From assembly GCA_963850905.1 (NCBI GenBank), contig CAWKMU010000003.1, positions 960,001-1,024,000 of the forward strand: 64,000 bases of DNA, read 5' to 3'. Every line of letters begins with the position of its first letter. Position 1 is the stretch's first letter. The position numbers and the translations under genes were made by a program. Positions 39,310-48,691 of this stretch are shown here, piece by piece. The notes beneath the pieces were generated by a model. That model was not told where the DNA came from, did not search any database, and saw nothing but the letters and a program-made list of their open reading frames with translations. Source of the stretch: an uncultured Gemmatimonadales bacterium (GTDB lineage: Bacteria > Gemmatimonadota > Gemmatimonadetes > Gemmatimonadales > Gemmatimonadaceae).

Positions 39310-39600
39310 CACACCAGTGCTCCACAAATCGTGTGGTGCTTCTACTACCCTTTTACTTAAGATCTAAATGATAGTAGTCGTAGTAGAGGCTGTGGATCGT
39401 GTGCAAAGTCGCGGTAACTTATGATCGCTGCAGGTCTTTGCCTAGTCTGGCCATGTCGAAAGCTGTGGGAATCGGCCCGACTATCCACATCGACTGGCAC
39501 TTTCCACGAGGACGCGTACCCCAGTCCGGAAACGCTGTGAACATACAGATGTTTATTTCCGCAGTTTTCCCAGCGTTGAACGCAGGTTTTCCACACGGCG
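39310..39600. other. oriC: Replication origin oriC (dnaA-dnaN intergenic)
   Basis: Multiple DnaA-box variants (TGTGGATCG 39391, TGTGCAAAG 39400, CTATCCACA 39481, TTTTCCACA ~39587); TAG trios 39369-39387; AT-rich patch 39351-39368. Confidence 0.85.
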
Positions 39601-40980
39601 AGCGAACTGGGTGTCGCGGCCAACCTCGGTCGCGACGCGATCGAGGCTATGAATGACAGTTGAGTGATCGCGGCCACCGAACGCGTTCCCGATCTCGACG
39701 AGTTGCAGGGACAGGAGCTCACGGCAGAGGTACATCGCGACCTGCCGCGGAGTCGTGAGCGCTTTTGTGCGCGTCTTCGACTTGAGTCCCTCGGATGTCA
39801 CGCCCCACTCACGGGCGGCCGCATCCTGAATGGTCGGCACGCTGAGGCCAGCACTCCGCTCGCCGTCGTCACCCTGGAGTCGCACGTCGTCACCCGCAGC
39901 CCGCAGCTTATCTCGGAGTGCTTCGCTCGCCACTTGGACAGTGATCGCCCGGTGACCCAGGGAGGCATACGCCAGCAGTTTGATAATTGAGCCCTCGAGC
40001 TCACGGATGCTCGACCGGACATGCTCGGCGATGAACCGAATGACGTCTTCGGGAATCGTGTGCTCGAGGTGATCCAGCTGCGCTTTGTGTTGCAGGATCG
40101 CGATGCGATGCTCGAGGTCCGGCGCCTCGATGTCGGCGACCATCCCCCATTCGAAGCGACTCACGAGACGCGCTTCCAGTCCCGGGATCTCGCTTGGCGG
40201 GCGATCGCTCGTCAGGATGATCTGACGGCCGGCCTCGTAGAGCGCATTGAAGGTGTGGAAGAACTCGTCCTGTGTCGCTTCCTTCCCCTTGAGGAACTGG
40301 ACGTCATCGATGAGCAGCATGTCCGTCTCGCGATAGCGCCGACGGAAGTCGTTGGTGGCGCGTACCTGAATCGACGTCACGAGCTCATTCGTGAACTGTT
40401 CGGTTCCGACATACGTGATGCGGGCATCGGGAGTGCGGCTCAACACCTCGTGCGCGACCGCCTGCATGAGGTGAGTTTTGCCGAGCCCCGTGTCGCCGTA
40501 GAGGAAGAGCGGGTTGTACGCCTTGCCCGGCGCTTGCGAGACGGCTTGCGCCGCGGCAGCGGCAAGCTCGTTGGACTTGCCGATGACGAAGTGCTCGAAG
40601 GTGTACCGCTCGCTCAGCGGCGCGACGTTCGCCCCGTTCTGGATCGCGGGGCGCTGAGTGGCGGGGGGCGCGACGAACAGATCCATCTGTGGTCGAAGCT
40701 TGCGTTCTTCGTGGACCTTGAACACGACGGTGACTGGCCGGCCCAATGCGATTGGGCCGTATGCCGACAGCAACTGCGAATGCTTCGAGTCGTTCCAATC
40801 AGCGGCAAACTGATCTGGCGCGCCGACCACGATTGTGGCCCCGTCGAAACGCAGCGCTTCAGTCGGCTCTAGCCAGGTGCGAAACGTCTGTTCGGTGAAG
40901 TCTTGCCGCGCGCGGTCGAGCAGGCGCGACCAGGCTTCTGCGGGGGTAAGAGAGTTGGATGGGTAGGCTACGTCGGGCAT
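39553..40980 (-). CDS. dnaA: Chromosomal replication initiator DnaA
   Basis: 'YNPLFLYGDTGLGKTHLMQA', 'LLIDDVQFL', 'EFFHTFN', 'RELEG', 'FGGRDHSTVIHS'. Confidence 0.98.
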   Translation of the reverse strand: MPDVAYPSNSLTPAEAWSRLLDRARQDFTEQTFRTWLEPTEALRFDGATIVVGAPDQFAADWNDSKHSQLLSAYGPIALGRPVTVVFKVHEERKLRPQMDLFVAPPATQRPAIQNGANVAPLSERYTFEHFVIGKSNELAAAAAQAVSQAPGKAYNPLFLYGDTGLGKTHLMQAVAHEVLSRTPDARITYVGTEQFTNELVTSIQVRATNDFRRRYRETDMLLIDDVQFLKGKEATQDEFFHTFNALYEAGRQIILTSDRPPSEIPGLEARLVSRFEWGMVADIEAPDLEHRIAILQHKAQLDHLEHTIPEDVIRFIAEHVRSSIRELEGSIIKLLAYASLGHRAITVQVASEALRDKLRAAGDDVRLQGDDGERSAGLSVPTIQDAAAREWGVTSEGLKSKTRTKALTTPRQVAMYLCRELLSLQLVEIGNAFGGRDHSTVIHSLDRVATEVGRDTQFARRVENLRSTLGKLRK

Positions 40981-41212
40981 CGAAAATCGTGAGGGGCGGC
41001 GAAGATGGACCGCACCTGTGACAAAGTCAATCGCTTGTGAGTGAGGGGTTCACGTTCAACTTGATCCATGTCTCGTGGCCCCATAGCTTTCGAGGCTCTG
41101 CAACACGAAATGCCACGGAACGTGCTGATCGGCGCCCGGTGCCATCAAGGTAACATCCCGAGCCCGCCAACGATGTTCTGCCGTTAGCCGATGATACTTG
41201 GAGTAGTGAACC

Positions 41213-41377
41213 ATGGGGAAACCCACATATCGCCCGCGTAATAAGCGCCGGATCAAGACCCACGGCTTCCGAACACGGATGGCCACTCGCTGGGGGCGAG
41301 AAGTGCTCAGCCGCCGACGCAAGAAAGGACGGAAGCGGTTGACGGTGCGACTCCCGAGCAAGTATTCGGGCGCGTAG
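41213..41377 (+). CDS. rpmH: 50S ribosomal protein L34 (below ORF-track size cutoff)
   Basis: [43 protein letters not shown]...; GGAG SD. Confidence 0.97.
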   Translation: MGKPTYRPRNKRRIKTHGFRTRMATRWGREVLSRRRKKGRKRLTVRLPSKYSGA

Positions 41378-41756
41378 TCGGTTTACGCGCGCGGACCGGC
41401 TCACTCGGTCGGCGGAACTTCAAGGCGTGCGCCTCAGGGGCACTCGGATTCGCGTTGAGGATTTCGACGTGCGTGCGGTGGTCACCGACCGCAAGCTGGC
41501 GCGCATCGGACTGATTGTGCCTCGATACAAGCACACGGCTGTCGATCGGAACCGGCTCAAACGCCGGCTGCGCGAGTTGGTGCGTCTACAGGTGCTGCCG
41601 CTCTGGCGGGAGCGCCTGCACGGCGTTCGCGCTGCGGATGTTGTGGTGCGCGCACTACCGGCGGCGTACCGGATGACCATGGCTGAACTGACGACGCGCA
41701 TGGACTTCGTAGCGACAGTTGTCGGGCGGCGCCTCGCCGCCGAGCCCGGCGAGTGA
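41364..41756 (+). CDS. rnpA: RNase P protein component (start codon unresolved)
   Basis: '[25 protein letters not shown]' RNR motif; conserved N-terminus 'FTRADRL' lies upstream of the first GTG (41427). Confidence 0.88.
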   Translation: MRARSRFTRADRLTRSAELQGVRLRGTRIRVEDFDVRAVVTDRKLARIGLIVPRYKHTAVDRNRLKRRLRELVRLQVLPLWRERLHGVRAADVVVRALPAAYRMTMAELTTRMDFVATVVGRRLAAEPGE

Positions 41757-42034
41757 CGGCCGTGGCAGCACCCGGCGCTCCGCCCGTTCCGTCGCCCGAG
41801 CCCCGCAAGGGCATGTCGCACGTCATCGGTCGACCGCTGATCTGGCTGGTCAGGTTGTACCAGGTGGGCCTGTCTCCTCTGTTGCCTGCGTCCTGTCGTT
41901 ATTATCCATCTTGTTCAGCGTACGCTTTGGAAGCGCTCCAGCGGTATGGAGCGTGGCGCGGGAGCTGGCTCGCCGTCCGGCGGATCGCGCGGTGTCACCC
42001 CTTCCACGCCGGGGGCTACGATCCCGTCCCCTGA
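41753..42034 (+). CDS. yidD: Membrane protein insertion efficiency factor YidD
   Basis: '[23 protein letters not shown]...[14 protein letters not shown]'. Confidence 0.95.
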   Translation: MTAVAAPGAPPVPSPEPRKGMSHVIGRPLIWLVRLYQVGLSPLLPASCRYYPSCSAYALEALQRYGAWRGSWLAVRRIARCHPFHAGGYDPVP

Positions 42035-42050
42035 TCAGTCTGTAGACCCC

Positions 42051-43928
42051 ATGACCCAGACACGCCGCTGGGTCCTCGCGCTCGCGTTGATTGCGGCGTT
42101 CTTGTTCGCCTACCAGTGGCTGTTTCCGCCGCCGAAATCACCGCGTCGATCGGCCGCGGCCGATTCCGCTGCGACTGCACCGCAGGGGACGACGGCATCC
42201 GGTGCCGCGACGGCACCGCCCGGCGCTGTGCCAAGTCCGTCGGCCATGCGAGCCGCCGCCCCGCCGGTCGCCGCGTTGCAACTGAGTGGCGGGGCTCCCG
42301 CCGTTCCCCCGGCCAAGCCCGAAACGCTCACGGTGACGACACCCACCGCGACAGTGGCATTTGCCAGCATTGGCGCGGCGCCCGTGACGGTCACGATGCG
42401 GGACTATCATGCGACGGTCCGCAACGTTGCCCAGCTATCTGCGTCCCCGCTCGTCCGGCTTGGTCAGGCAGGCGAAGCGCTCTTGAGCTACGCGATCGTC
42501 ACGCCTCGCGACACCATTGCGCTCGACGGCGTTCCGTTTCGAGGGACGGTGTCCACGTCGCATGGCGTACCGACCGTAGAGTTTCAAGGTGATGTGCCGC
42601 GGCCCGCGGGCGGCACATTGCACGTGGCGATCACCTATGCATTCAACGGCGACGGTTACCTCAGCCGCGTCGCGGGAACGGTCGTCGGTTTGGAGGGTTC
42701 GCCAGCGGGCTACCTGCTCATCTCGCTGCCGACCGGGTTCCCCTCCTTCGAGGCCGACACGGCCGACGACATCCGCCAGCTCGCGTACTCGTACAAGACG
42801 CTTCGGGAAGACGCATCCAGCGTGGCGTTCTCTCGACTCCAACCGGACAAACCCGAGTTGATCCCGGGGCCGCTGTCGTGGGTGGCGGCCAAAGACAAGT
42901 ACTTCCTCATCGGGCTTCTCTCGCAAGACACCTCTCGTACGCACCAGTTCGCGGAGATGCACCTCATCGGCGCGCCAAAGGTTGGTGGTGTCGAGAAGCA
43001 AGCAGCGGCCGCGGTCCTCCTCCCGCTTTCAGCGGCGCCGCCAGGTGCTGTAGCCGGCGCGTCTGCCTCTGAGGCGGCGACGTTCGCATTCCTGATGTAT
43101 GCGGGACCGCAGGACTATCGCAGGCTGCGCGCCCTGGGACGCGGATTCGAGAATCTCAATCCGTACGGCGGATTCTTCCACATCATCTTCCAGCCGTTCG
43201 TGACGCTGGTAGTGGTCGCGATTCTTGGCATGCGCGATCTGCTGCACATCAACTACGGATGGATTCTCATCATCCTCGGCGTCCTGACCCGGGTGGTGCT
43301 CTGGCCGCTCAACCAGCGGGCGATCAGGACGAGTCTCAAGCTCCAGGCGGTGCAGCCCGAGATTCAAGCGGTTCAGACCAAGTACAAGAGCGACCAGGCT
43401 CGCATGCAGCAGGAGCTGATGCGCGTCTACAAGGAGCATGGGATGAGTCCCTGGAGCCCGATCGCCGGGTGCCTGCCCATGCTGCTCCCGTGGCCGATCT
43501 TCGGCGCTCTCTACTTCGTTTTCCGGACGACGATCGAATTCCGGGGTGTTCCCTTCCTGTGGATGCACGACATCTCCGTGAAGGATCCTTACTATATCAT
43601 GCCCGTCCTCATGGGCCTGACCTCCTTCTTCGTGTCGTGGATCAGCATGCGCCGGATGCCGCCGAATCCACAGACCAAGATGATGTCGTACATGATGCCC
43701 GCCGTGATGACCTTCTTTTTCTGGAACATCGCGGGAGGACTGAACCTCTACTACTTCGTCCAGAACCTCGCCACCGTCCCGCAACAGTGGTATTTGTCGA
43801 ACGAGCGCGCCAAGGCCGGCGGCGCCGGGACCGCCGGCGCGCAGTCCAAGACCGGAGCGCAAGGGGCGAAGAAGACCCCGCCGAAGCTCGCGGCGCGAAG
43901 CCAGGGGATGAAGGAGCAAAGAGGCTGA
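42051..43928 (+). CDS. yidC: Membrane protein insertase YidC
   Basis: N-terminal TM, periplasmic domain, 'NYGWILII', 'GCLPMLL', 'FLWMHDISVKDPYYIMP', 'GLNLYY'. Confidence 0.93.
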   Translation: MTQTRRWVLALALIAAFLFAYQWLFPPPKSPRRSAAADSAATAPQGTTASGAATAPPGAVPSPSAMRAAAPPVAALQLSGGAPAVPPAKPETLTVTTPTATVAFASIGAAPVTVTMRDYHATVRNVAQLSASPLVRLGQAGEALLSYAIVTPRDTIALDGVPFRGTVSTSHGVPTVEFQGDVPRPAGGTLHVAITYAFNGDGYLSRVAGTVVGLEGSPAGYLLISLPTGFPSFEADTADDIRQLAYSYKTLREDASSVAFSRLQPDKPELIPGPLSWVAAKDKYFLIGLLSQDTSRTHQFAEMHLIGAPKVGGVEKQAAAAVLLPLSAAPPGAVAGASASEAATFAFLMYAGPQDYRRLRALGRGFENLNPYGGFFHIIFQPFVTLVVVAILGMRDLLHINYGWILIILGVLTRVVLWPLNQRAIRTSLKLQAVQPEIQAVQTKYKSDQARMQQELMRVYKEHGMSPWSPIAGCLPMLLPWPIFGALYFVFRTTIEFRGVPFLWMHDISVKDPYYIMPVLMGLTSFFVSWISMRRMPPNPQTKMMSYMMPAVMTFFFWNIAGGLNLYYFVQNLATVPQQWYLSNERAKAGGAGTAGAQSKTGAQGAKKTPPKLAARSQGMKEQRG

Positions 43929-43934
43929 ACTGAC

Positions 43935-44177
43935 CGGTGACGGGTTAGGGTTAATACAACAATCGCGACGACAACGCTGGGCGGCCTGAAGGCCGTCCCT
44001 ACATGTCGGTGTGGACGGTGACTCTGCGGAGCGCCGCGGCGACGATTGCCGGTGTCGGTCGACAAATCCGGATTTGACGTTGCCCGCAGCAACATGTAGG
44101 GGCGGGCTTCAGCCCGCCCGGTGTTTGCAGCGGATGTTGGAGTCACCCCAAACCCTAGACCCCAAACCCCAGACCCG
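43935..44177. repeat. REPIN-like element (43979-44119, reverse orientation) enclosed by heptamer arms
   Basis: GTAG-REP pair, 93-bp spacer homologous to the 19442 copy in reverse; arms ggtgacg/gggttag and ccccaaa/ccctaga. Confidence 0.85.
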
Positions 44178-44184
44178 CAGTTTC

Positions 44185-45693
44185 GTGCTTCTCCCCGACA
44201 CCATCGTCGCTGTCTCCACTCCACCCGGCCGTGGTGCAATTGCGGTCGTGCGCCTGAGCGGGACGGAGGCACGGGCGATCGCGGGGGCGGTCGTGCGGCC
44301 GTGGCCTCTCGAGCCGGGTCGGGCACGACTCTGCGTAGTGGTCGATACTGCGGGAGTGGTGCTGGACCGACCGGTCGTCACGACCTACATCGCGCCGCGC
44401 TCCTACACGGGCGAAGATGTCGTCGAGCTGGCGACACACGGTGGCGTGATGGTGCCGACATCTATCGTCGCGGCACTCGTTGCAGCTGGAGCGCGGCCGG
44501 CCCTGCCGGGCGAGTTCACGCGGCGTGCGCTACTCAACGGCAAGATGGATCTGGCGCAGGCCGAGGCCGTGGGGGATCTCATCGATGCCCGCAGCGCTTC
44601 AATGCAACGGGCGGCCATGGTTCAGCTTGACGGGGGCCTCTCGCGTCGCGTCCGGGAGCTGCACGATGCCGTGCTCGAGGTCGAGGCGCTCGTGGCCTAC
44701 GACATCGACTTCCCCGAAGAGGATGATGGGCCGATCTCCAGTGATCGTGTCCTCGCCGCCACGCGCCGGGCGGCAGATCAGGTGACTGGGTTGCTCGCGA
44801 CCTCGCCCACCGGTGAATTGATCCGACACGGCGCCGTGGTCGTGATCGCGGGTCCGCCCAACGTCGGCAAATCCTCGCTCTTCAACGCATTGCTTGGGCG
44901 GGCGCGGTCGATCGTGAGCGACGTGCCAGGCACGACTCGCGATGCCGTGGAGGCGCTCGTCGAGCCGGCAAATGCGCCATTCCCGCTCCGCCTTGTCGAC
45001 ACCGCCGGTCTGCGTGACACCATCGATGCCGTGGAGCAACTCGGCATCGAAGTCAGTCGCCGCTCGCTCGCCGAAGCGCATGTCGTGCTCGCGTGCGGGG
45101 AAACCGTGGCGAGTATCCTCGACACCGTGACGCGGGTGCGCCCGCACACCGCGGCGCCCGTTGTCGGCGTGCGAACAAAATGCGATCAACGGGGGACCGC
45201 CGCCCTTCAGACGGCTGTCCCCCGACCTGTGCGTGCCAACGTGGCTGCCGAGTCGGCAGGCTCAATCGACGCCGCAGGCGGCTGGACCGACGCGGCGTCT
45301 TCGGATGGCGACGAGGGTGCGGCGACCGCCCTCGACGAGGGCGAGCTCCGGGATGCGGCGCGAGCGGAACTCCGCGTCATCGAGACCAGTGCCGAATCGG
45401 GGCGAGGCCTTCACGCCGTGATGGCAGCCGCCGTCCATGCCGTGGTTGCACAACACGGCGCGCCAGCCGTCGACGCGCCGATCATCACGCGCGTGCGCCA
45501 GCGGCGCGCGCTCGAGCGCGCGGCCGCGGAGCTCGCGGCCTTTCGAGAGGCGTGGACCGCGTGCACGCTTCCCGCGGTTGTTGCGGCGGTGCACGTGCGC
45601 GCCGCAGCGACCGCGCTAGAGGACATCATCGGCGCCATCGACGTCGACGAGGTGCTGGAACGCGTGTTCGGGGAGTTCTGCGTCGGCAAGTAG
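44185..45693 (+). CDS. mnmE: tRNA modification GTPase MnmE (TrmE)
   Basis: 'DTIVAVSTPPGRGAIAVVRLSG', 'PRSYTGEDVVE', 'GPPNVGKSSLFN', 'GTTRD', 'DTAG', terminal 'FCVGK'. Confidence 0.96.
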   Translation: MLLPDTIVAVSTPPGRGAIAVVRLSGTEARAIAGAVVRPWPLEPGRARLCVVVDTAGVVLDRPVVTTYIAPRSYTGEDVVELATHGGVMVPTSIVAALVAAGARPALPGEFTRRALLNGKMDLAQAEAVGDLIDARSASMQRAAMVQLDGGLSRRVRELHDAVLEVEALVAYDIDFPEEDDGPISSDRVLAATRRAADQVTGLLATSPTGELIRHGAVVVIAGPPNVGKSSLFNALLGRARSIVSDVPGTTRDAVEALVEPANAPFPLRLVDTAGLRDTIDAVEQLGIEVSRRSLAEAHVVLACGETVASILDTVTRVRPHTAAPVVGVRTKCDQRGTAALQTAVPRPVRANVAAESAGSIDAAGGWTDAASSDGDEGAATALDEGELRDAARAELRVIETSAESGRGLHAVMAAAVHAVVAQHGAPAVDAPIITRVRQRRALERAAAELAAFREAWTACTLPAVVAAVHVRAAATALEDIIGAIDVDEVLERVFGEFCVGK

Positions 45694-45695
45694 CG

Positions 45696-45970
45696 CGGCC
45701 GCTTCGCGGCCGAGAGAGGAGAACCACAGAAAGTAGAAAGTAGACAAAGCGCCTCGTGACGCTGCCCGCTCTCGTACTGACCGGCCACCTTCCCGAGCAC
45801 ATCACAAATTTGAAAGTAGAACTGCAAGCGGATGCGTGAGATGAGGCCCTCCGCCTTCGTCCGCTTTCTCTTGCATGCCTCGTTCTCTCGACCGACGCGG
45901 CCACGCTTCGAAGCGCTCTTGTCTACTTTCTACTTTCTGTGGTTCTCCTCTCTCGGCCGCGAAGCGGCCG
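45696..45970. repeat. MITE-like element: perfect 52-bp inverted repeats containing AAAGTAG heptamers
   Basis: 45696-45747 is the exact reverse complement of 45919-45970; 171-bp interior. Confidence 0.8.
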
Positions 45971-46127
45971 TGTGGAGAACATCCGATCTTCCACATCGTC
46001 GGGCAACGTGACGCATCGATGCGAGCGCGCGCAAAAAAAATATTTTTTTCCCTCTACCCGATTTTCCGGGAACAATTATCTTCCCGCCCCAACAGATCCC
46101 GCGCCGCCACCCGCGCCTTGGCTGTTG

Positions 46128-47066
46128 ATGCTCATCAATCTTCTTCCAGACTTTCTTTCAGTACTCAACAGCACCGATCGGATCGCCGCCTACCTTCGCT
46201 ACTTCGACGCTCACCGCCCACTCCTCGACGCCTACTGGCGAAACTACGCGCTCGATCCCGACGGTCCGCACTTCCTCAATGTCGTGCGCGCGACTGCACT
46301 GGCGGACCGACCGGATCTGGCAGCGATGCTCGAGCGAAGCAATGTGGTGGCGCTTGCGCGCGCGACGGAAACGCAGTGCGCGGAGCTACTGGCGGCCAAT
46401 GTCCCGGTCGACATCGTGCTCATGGTGGGCGTCGGCGCGGCGAACGCGGGCGAGTTGGTCGTCGACGGACGCGGCGTGGCGTTCGTGTGTCTCGAGCACT
46501 TCACCGGTGTAGCGAATCCCGAGACGCAGGGACTGGGTCTCGATTCCGAGCTCATTCCGTTATGGCTGGCGCACGAATTTGCGCACGCCATTCGGTATAC
46601 GTCGCCGACGTCGCGCAGCGAGATGGCGAAGCTCGTCACCGAATCCGGCGGCAACTACTCGTATTGGGAAACGGGACGACAGGCTCCGCTGCGTGAGTTG
46701 ATGCTCAACGAGGGGCTCGCCGTGCAGACGTCACGGGCGATCAGTCCCGGGCATGCGGCGTGGGAGTATTTCGGGTACGGGCGGCGACAGTATGCACGCA
46801 TCCGTGAGCTCGAGCCGGTCCTGCAGCGGGTGACCGCCGGCGATCTGGACCGAACGGGCCTCGGGTTGCGACTCCGGTATCTCTCCGGGGGCGTCAGCGA
46901 CCAGGCGCGCACGGTCGAGCGCCATATCCTGCCAGAGCGGAGCGGCTACTTCCTGGGCGCGCGAATGGTCGAAGCGGCGATTGCGGCCCACGGGCTCGCA
47001 TGGTCGGTCCGCGCCAGTGCAGCAGAGCTCACCGGCGCCAGCAACGCAGCCGCGGCGAGCGCGTAG
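46128..47066 (+). CDS. Putative Zn-dependent protease (DUF2268-like)
   Basis: HExxH 'AHEFAHAIR' plus downstream 'NEGLA'; 'GYFLG' near C-terminus. Confidence 0.7.
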   Translation: MLINLLPDFLSVLNSTDRIAAYLRYFDAHRPLLDAYWRNYALDPDGPHFLNVVRATALADRPDLAAMLERSNVVALARATETQCAELLAANVPVDIVLMVGVGAANAGELVVDGRGVAFVCLEHFTGVANPETQGLGLDSELIPLWLAHEFAHAIRYTSPTSRSEMAKLVTESGGNYSYWETGRQAPLRELMLNEGLAVQTSRAISPGHAAWEYFGYGRRQYARIRELEPVLQRVTAGDLDRTGLGLRLRYLSGGVSDQARTVERHILPERSGYFLGARMVEAAIAAHGLAWSVRASAAELTGASNAAAASA

Positions 47067-47073
47067 CGCTCGC

Positions 47074-47158
47074 AGAAAGGAGAAAGGCGAGAGGAAAAAG
47101 GGGACCTAAGGCCGATTGTCCTTGGTCTCCTTTCTCCTTTCGCCTTTCCCCTCTCTAG
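47074..47158. repeat. Heptamer-armed palindrome (AAAGGAG arms)
   Basis: agaaaggagaaaggcgagagg... / ...ctcctttctcctttcgccttt. Confidence 0.7.
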
Positions 47159-47232
47159 CGCCCCGCAGGGGCGCTTGGCATGGAACTTCCCCCTCTTCGC
47201 CGCCAGCTGATTGGGACTGAAGAGGCAGGGCG

Positions 47233-47928
47233 ATGACGACGCTGCAACGCATCGAGCTGCAGTGTCCGGTGTGCGACACGCGGTTCGTCTCACAATCTGT
47301 AGTCGCGACGAACGCATTCGGCGGGAAGCGAACAGATTTCCACGAACGTGCAGCCGGGACGCAGCCACTACCGTATCTGGTCCACATGTGCAACCGCTGC
47401 GGCTACTCGGGTGCCGAACGAGACTTCAGTGAAGGAGTCGAGCCCAGCGCGGTGCTGAAGGAGCACGTCTGGAACGAGCTGGCGCCAACGCTGGCGTGCG
47501 CGACCGTGCAGTCGTCGGGGCCACACCAGCCTGGCGAGCCGCCGCAAGTCGCAGGATCGGCGAAGTATGAGGCCGCCGCAAAAGTGGCCGAGTGGCAATC
47601 AATGGAGCCCCGCTACATCGCGGACTTCTATTTGCGAGCCGCGTGGTGCTGTGTGGACGAAGGCGACACGGAAGCCGAGCGATTCTTCCGACGCAAAGCC
47701 GCGTGGATGTTCGAGCGAGCGCTGTCGTCCTTTGATGGGGTGGCCCGGGACGAGCGCTGCGTCATTACGTATCTGATCGGCGAGCTCTGGCGCCGCATCG
47801 GGGACGCCGGGGCCGCCGCCCAATGGTTTGCGCGGGTCCCGGAGGAAGTCGTCGATGGCCGGACTCAGCAATGGGTCATCGAGGCGGCGCATCAGCAGGG
47901 CCAGTCGCCGAGGGAGTGGTTTGCGTAG
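47233..47928 (+). CDS. DUF2225-like zinc-ribbon/TPR-like protein
   Basis: 'CPVC' and 'CNRCGY' pairs; 'LRAAW'; 'YLIGELWRRIGD'. Confidence 0.7.
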   Translation: MTTLQRIELQCPVCDTRFVSQSVVATNAFGGKRTDFHERAAGTQPLPYLVHMCNRCGYSGAERDFSEGVEPSAVLKEHVWNELAPTLACATVQSSGPHQPGEPPQVAGSAKYEAAAKVAEWQSMEPRYIADFYLRAAWCCVDEGDTEAERFFRRKAAWMFERALSSFDGVARDERCVITYLIGELWRRIGDAGAAAQWFARVPEEVVDGRTQQWVIEAAHQQGQSPREWFA

Positions 47929-48002
47929 GGCTAGACGCTAGCGTCCAGCGTCTAGCGTCGAGCCCTAACAACCAACTCTCCTCGCCTATACTATTTGCGC
48001 CC

Positions 48003-48230
48003 ATGAAAGAATACCAAGCCGTGATGCTGCGTCTCACGCACCATATGCAGGACGACGAGGACGCTCTCACGGACTTGTTGAATGAACGGATCCGCGGCGG
48101 ATGGGAGCCAGCGCTGATCGCGCAAAGCGCGGCAGGCCCAGGCGGTGCAGCTGGCGGCGAGCGCCTGACCGTCATTTTCCAGCGCGAGACGACGGGCGCT
48201 GACGCGGCACATAGAGAGGAGAGGGCCTGA
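48003..48230 (+). CDS. Small hypothetical protein (DUF4177-like)
   Basis: 'MKEYQAV...LTDLLNERIRGGWE...VIFQRE'; TACTAT box 8 nt upstream. Confidence 0.55.
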   Translation: MKEYQAVMLRLTHHMQDDEDALTDLLNERIRGGWEPALIAQSAAGPGGAAGGERLTVIFQRETTGADAAHREERA

Positions 48231-48351
48231 AAGGAGAAAGGAGACCACGACAGCAGCCGGCCTCGGCAATGGGTGGGCACCCATAGTTCGCCCCTTGTCT
48301 CCTTTCTCCTTTCAGGCCCTCTCCTCTCTATGTGGCGCGTCACCGCCCGTC
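48191..48351. repeat. Long inverted repeat with AAAGGAG heptamers
   Basis: 48208-48245 perfectly complements 48297-48334 (38 bp) and extends to ~55 bp with mismatches; left arm is the 3' end of the small ORF. Confidence 0.8.
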
Positions 48352-48691
48352 CCCGTACTTGCGCTCTCTGGCGACCGTTGCAAATTCAAGTTTGCGCCTG
48401 AGTCGGATACCGAGGACAGAGCGCAGTCGCTCACCGAAGTTTCGCGACTCTACCCTGGTGCGAGGCCCCGTAACGCCTGCCCAGCGGACCGGCGTGTGAC
48501 GAATACCACCCGGTCGCTCTATGCATCAGACGGAACGCGCGGACAACCGCCGGCCGATTTTTGTCGTCCACCCCATTCAACACAGGGCGTGTAGACGGAC
48601 CTTGGCGTGGAACGCTACGCGCGCGCCTCCGACCAATGACAGCTGCATAGGCCAATCCCGTCTCGTGTACTCTCAACGAACAGGAGTCGAC

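Noticed and set aside
47176..47192. Sigma-54 promoter (TGGCAT-N5-TTCC)
   Set aside because: The -12 GC dinucleotide is missing and there is no other support
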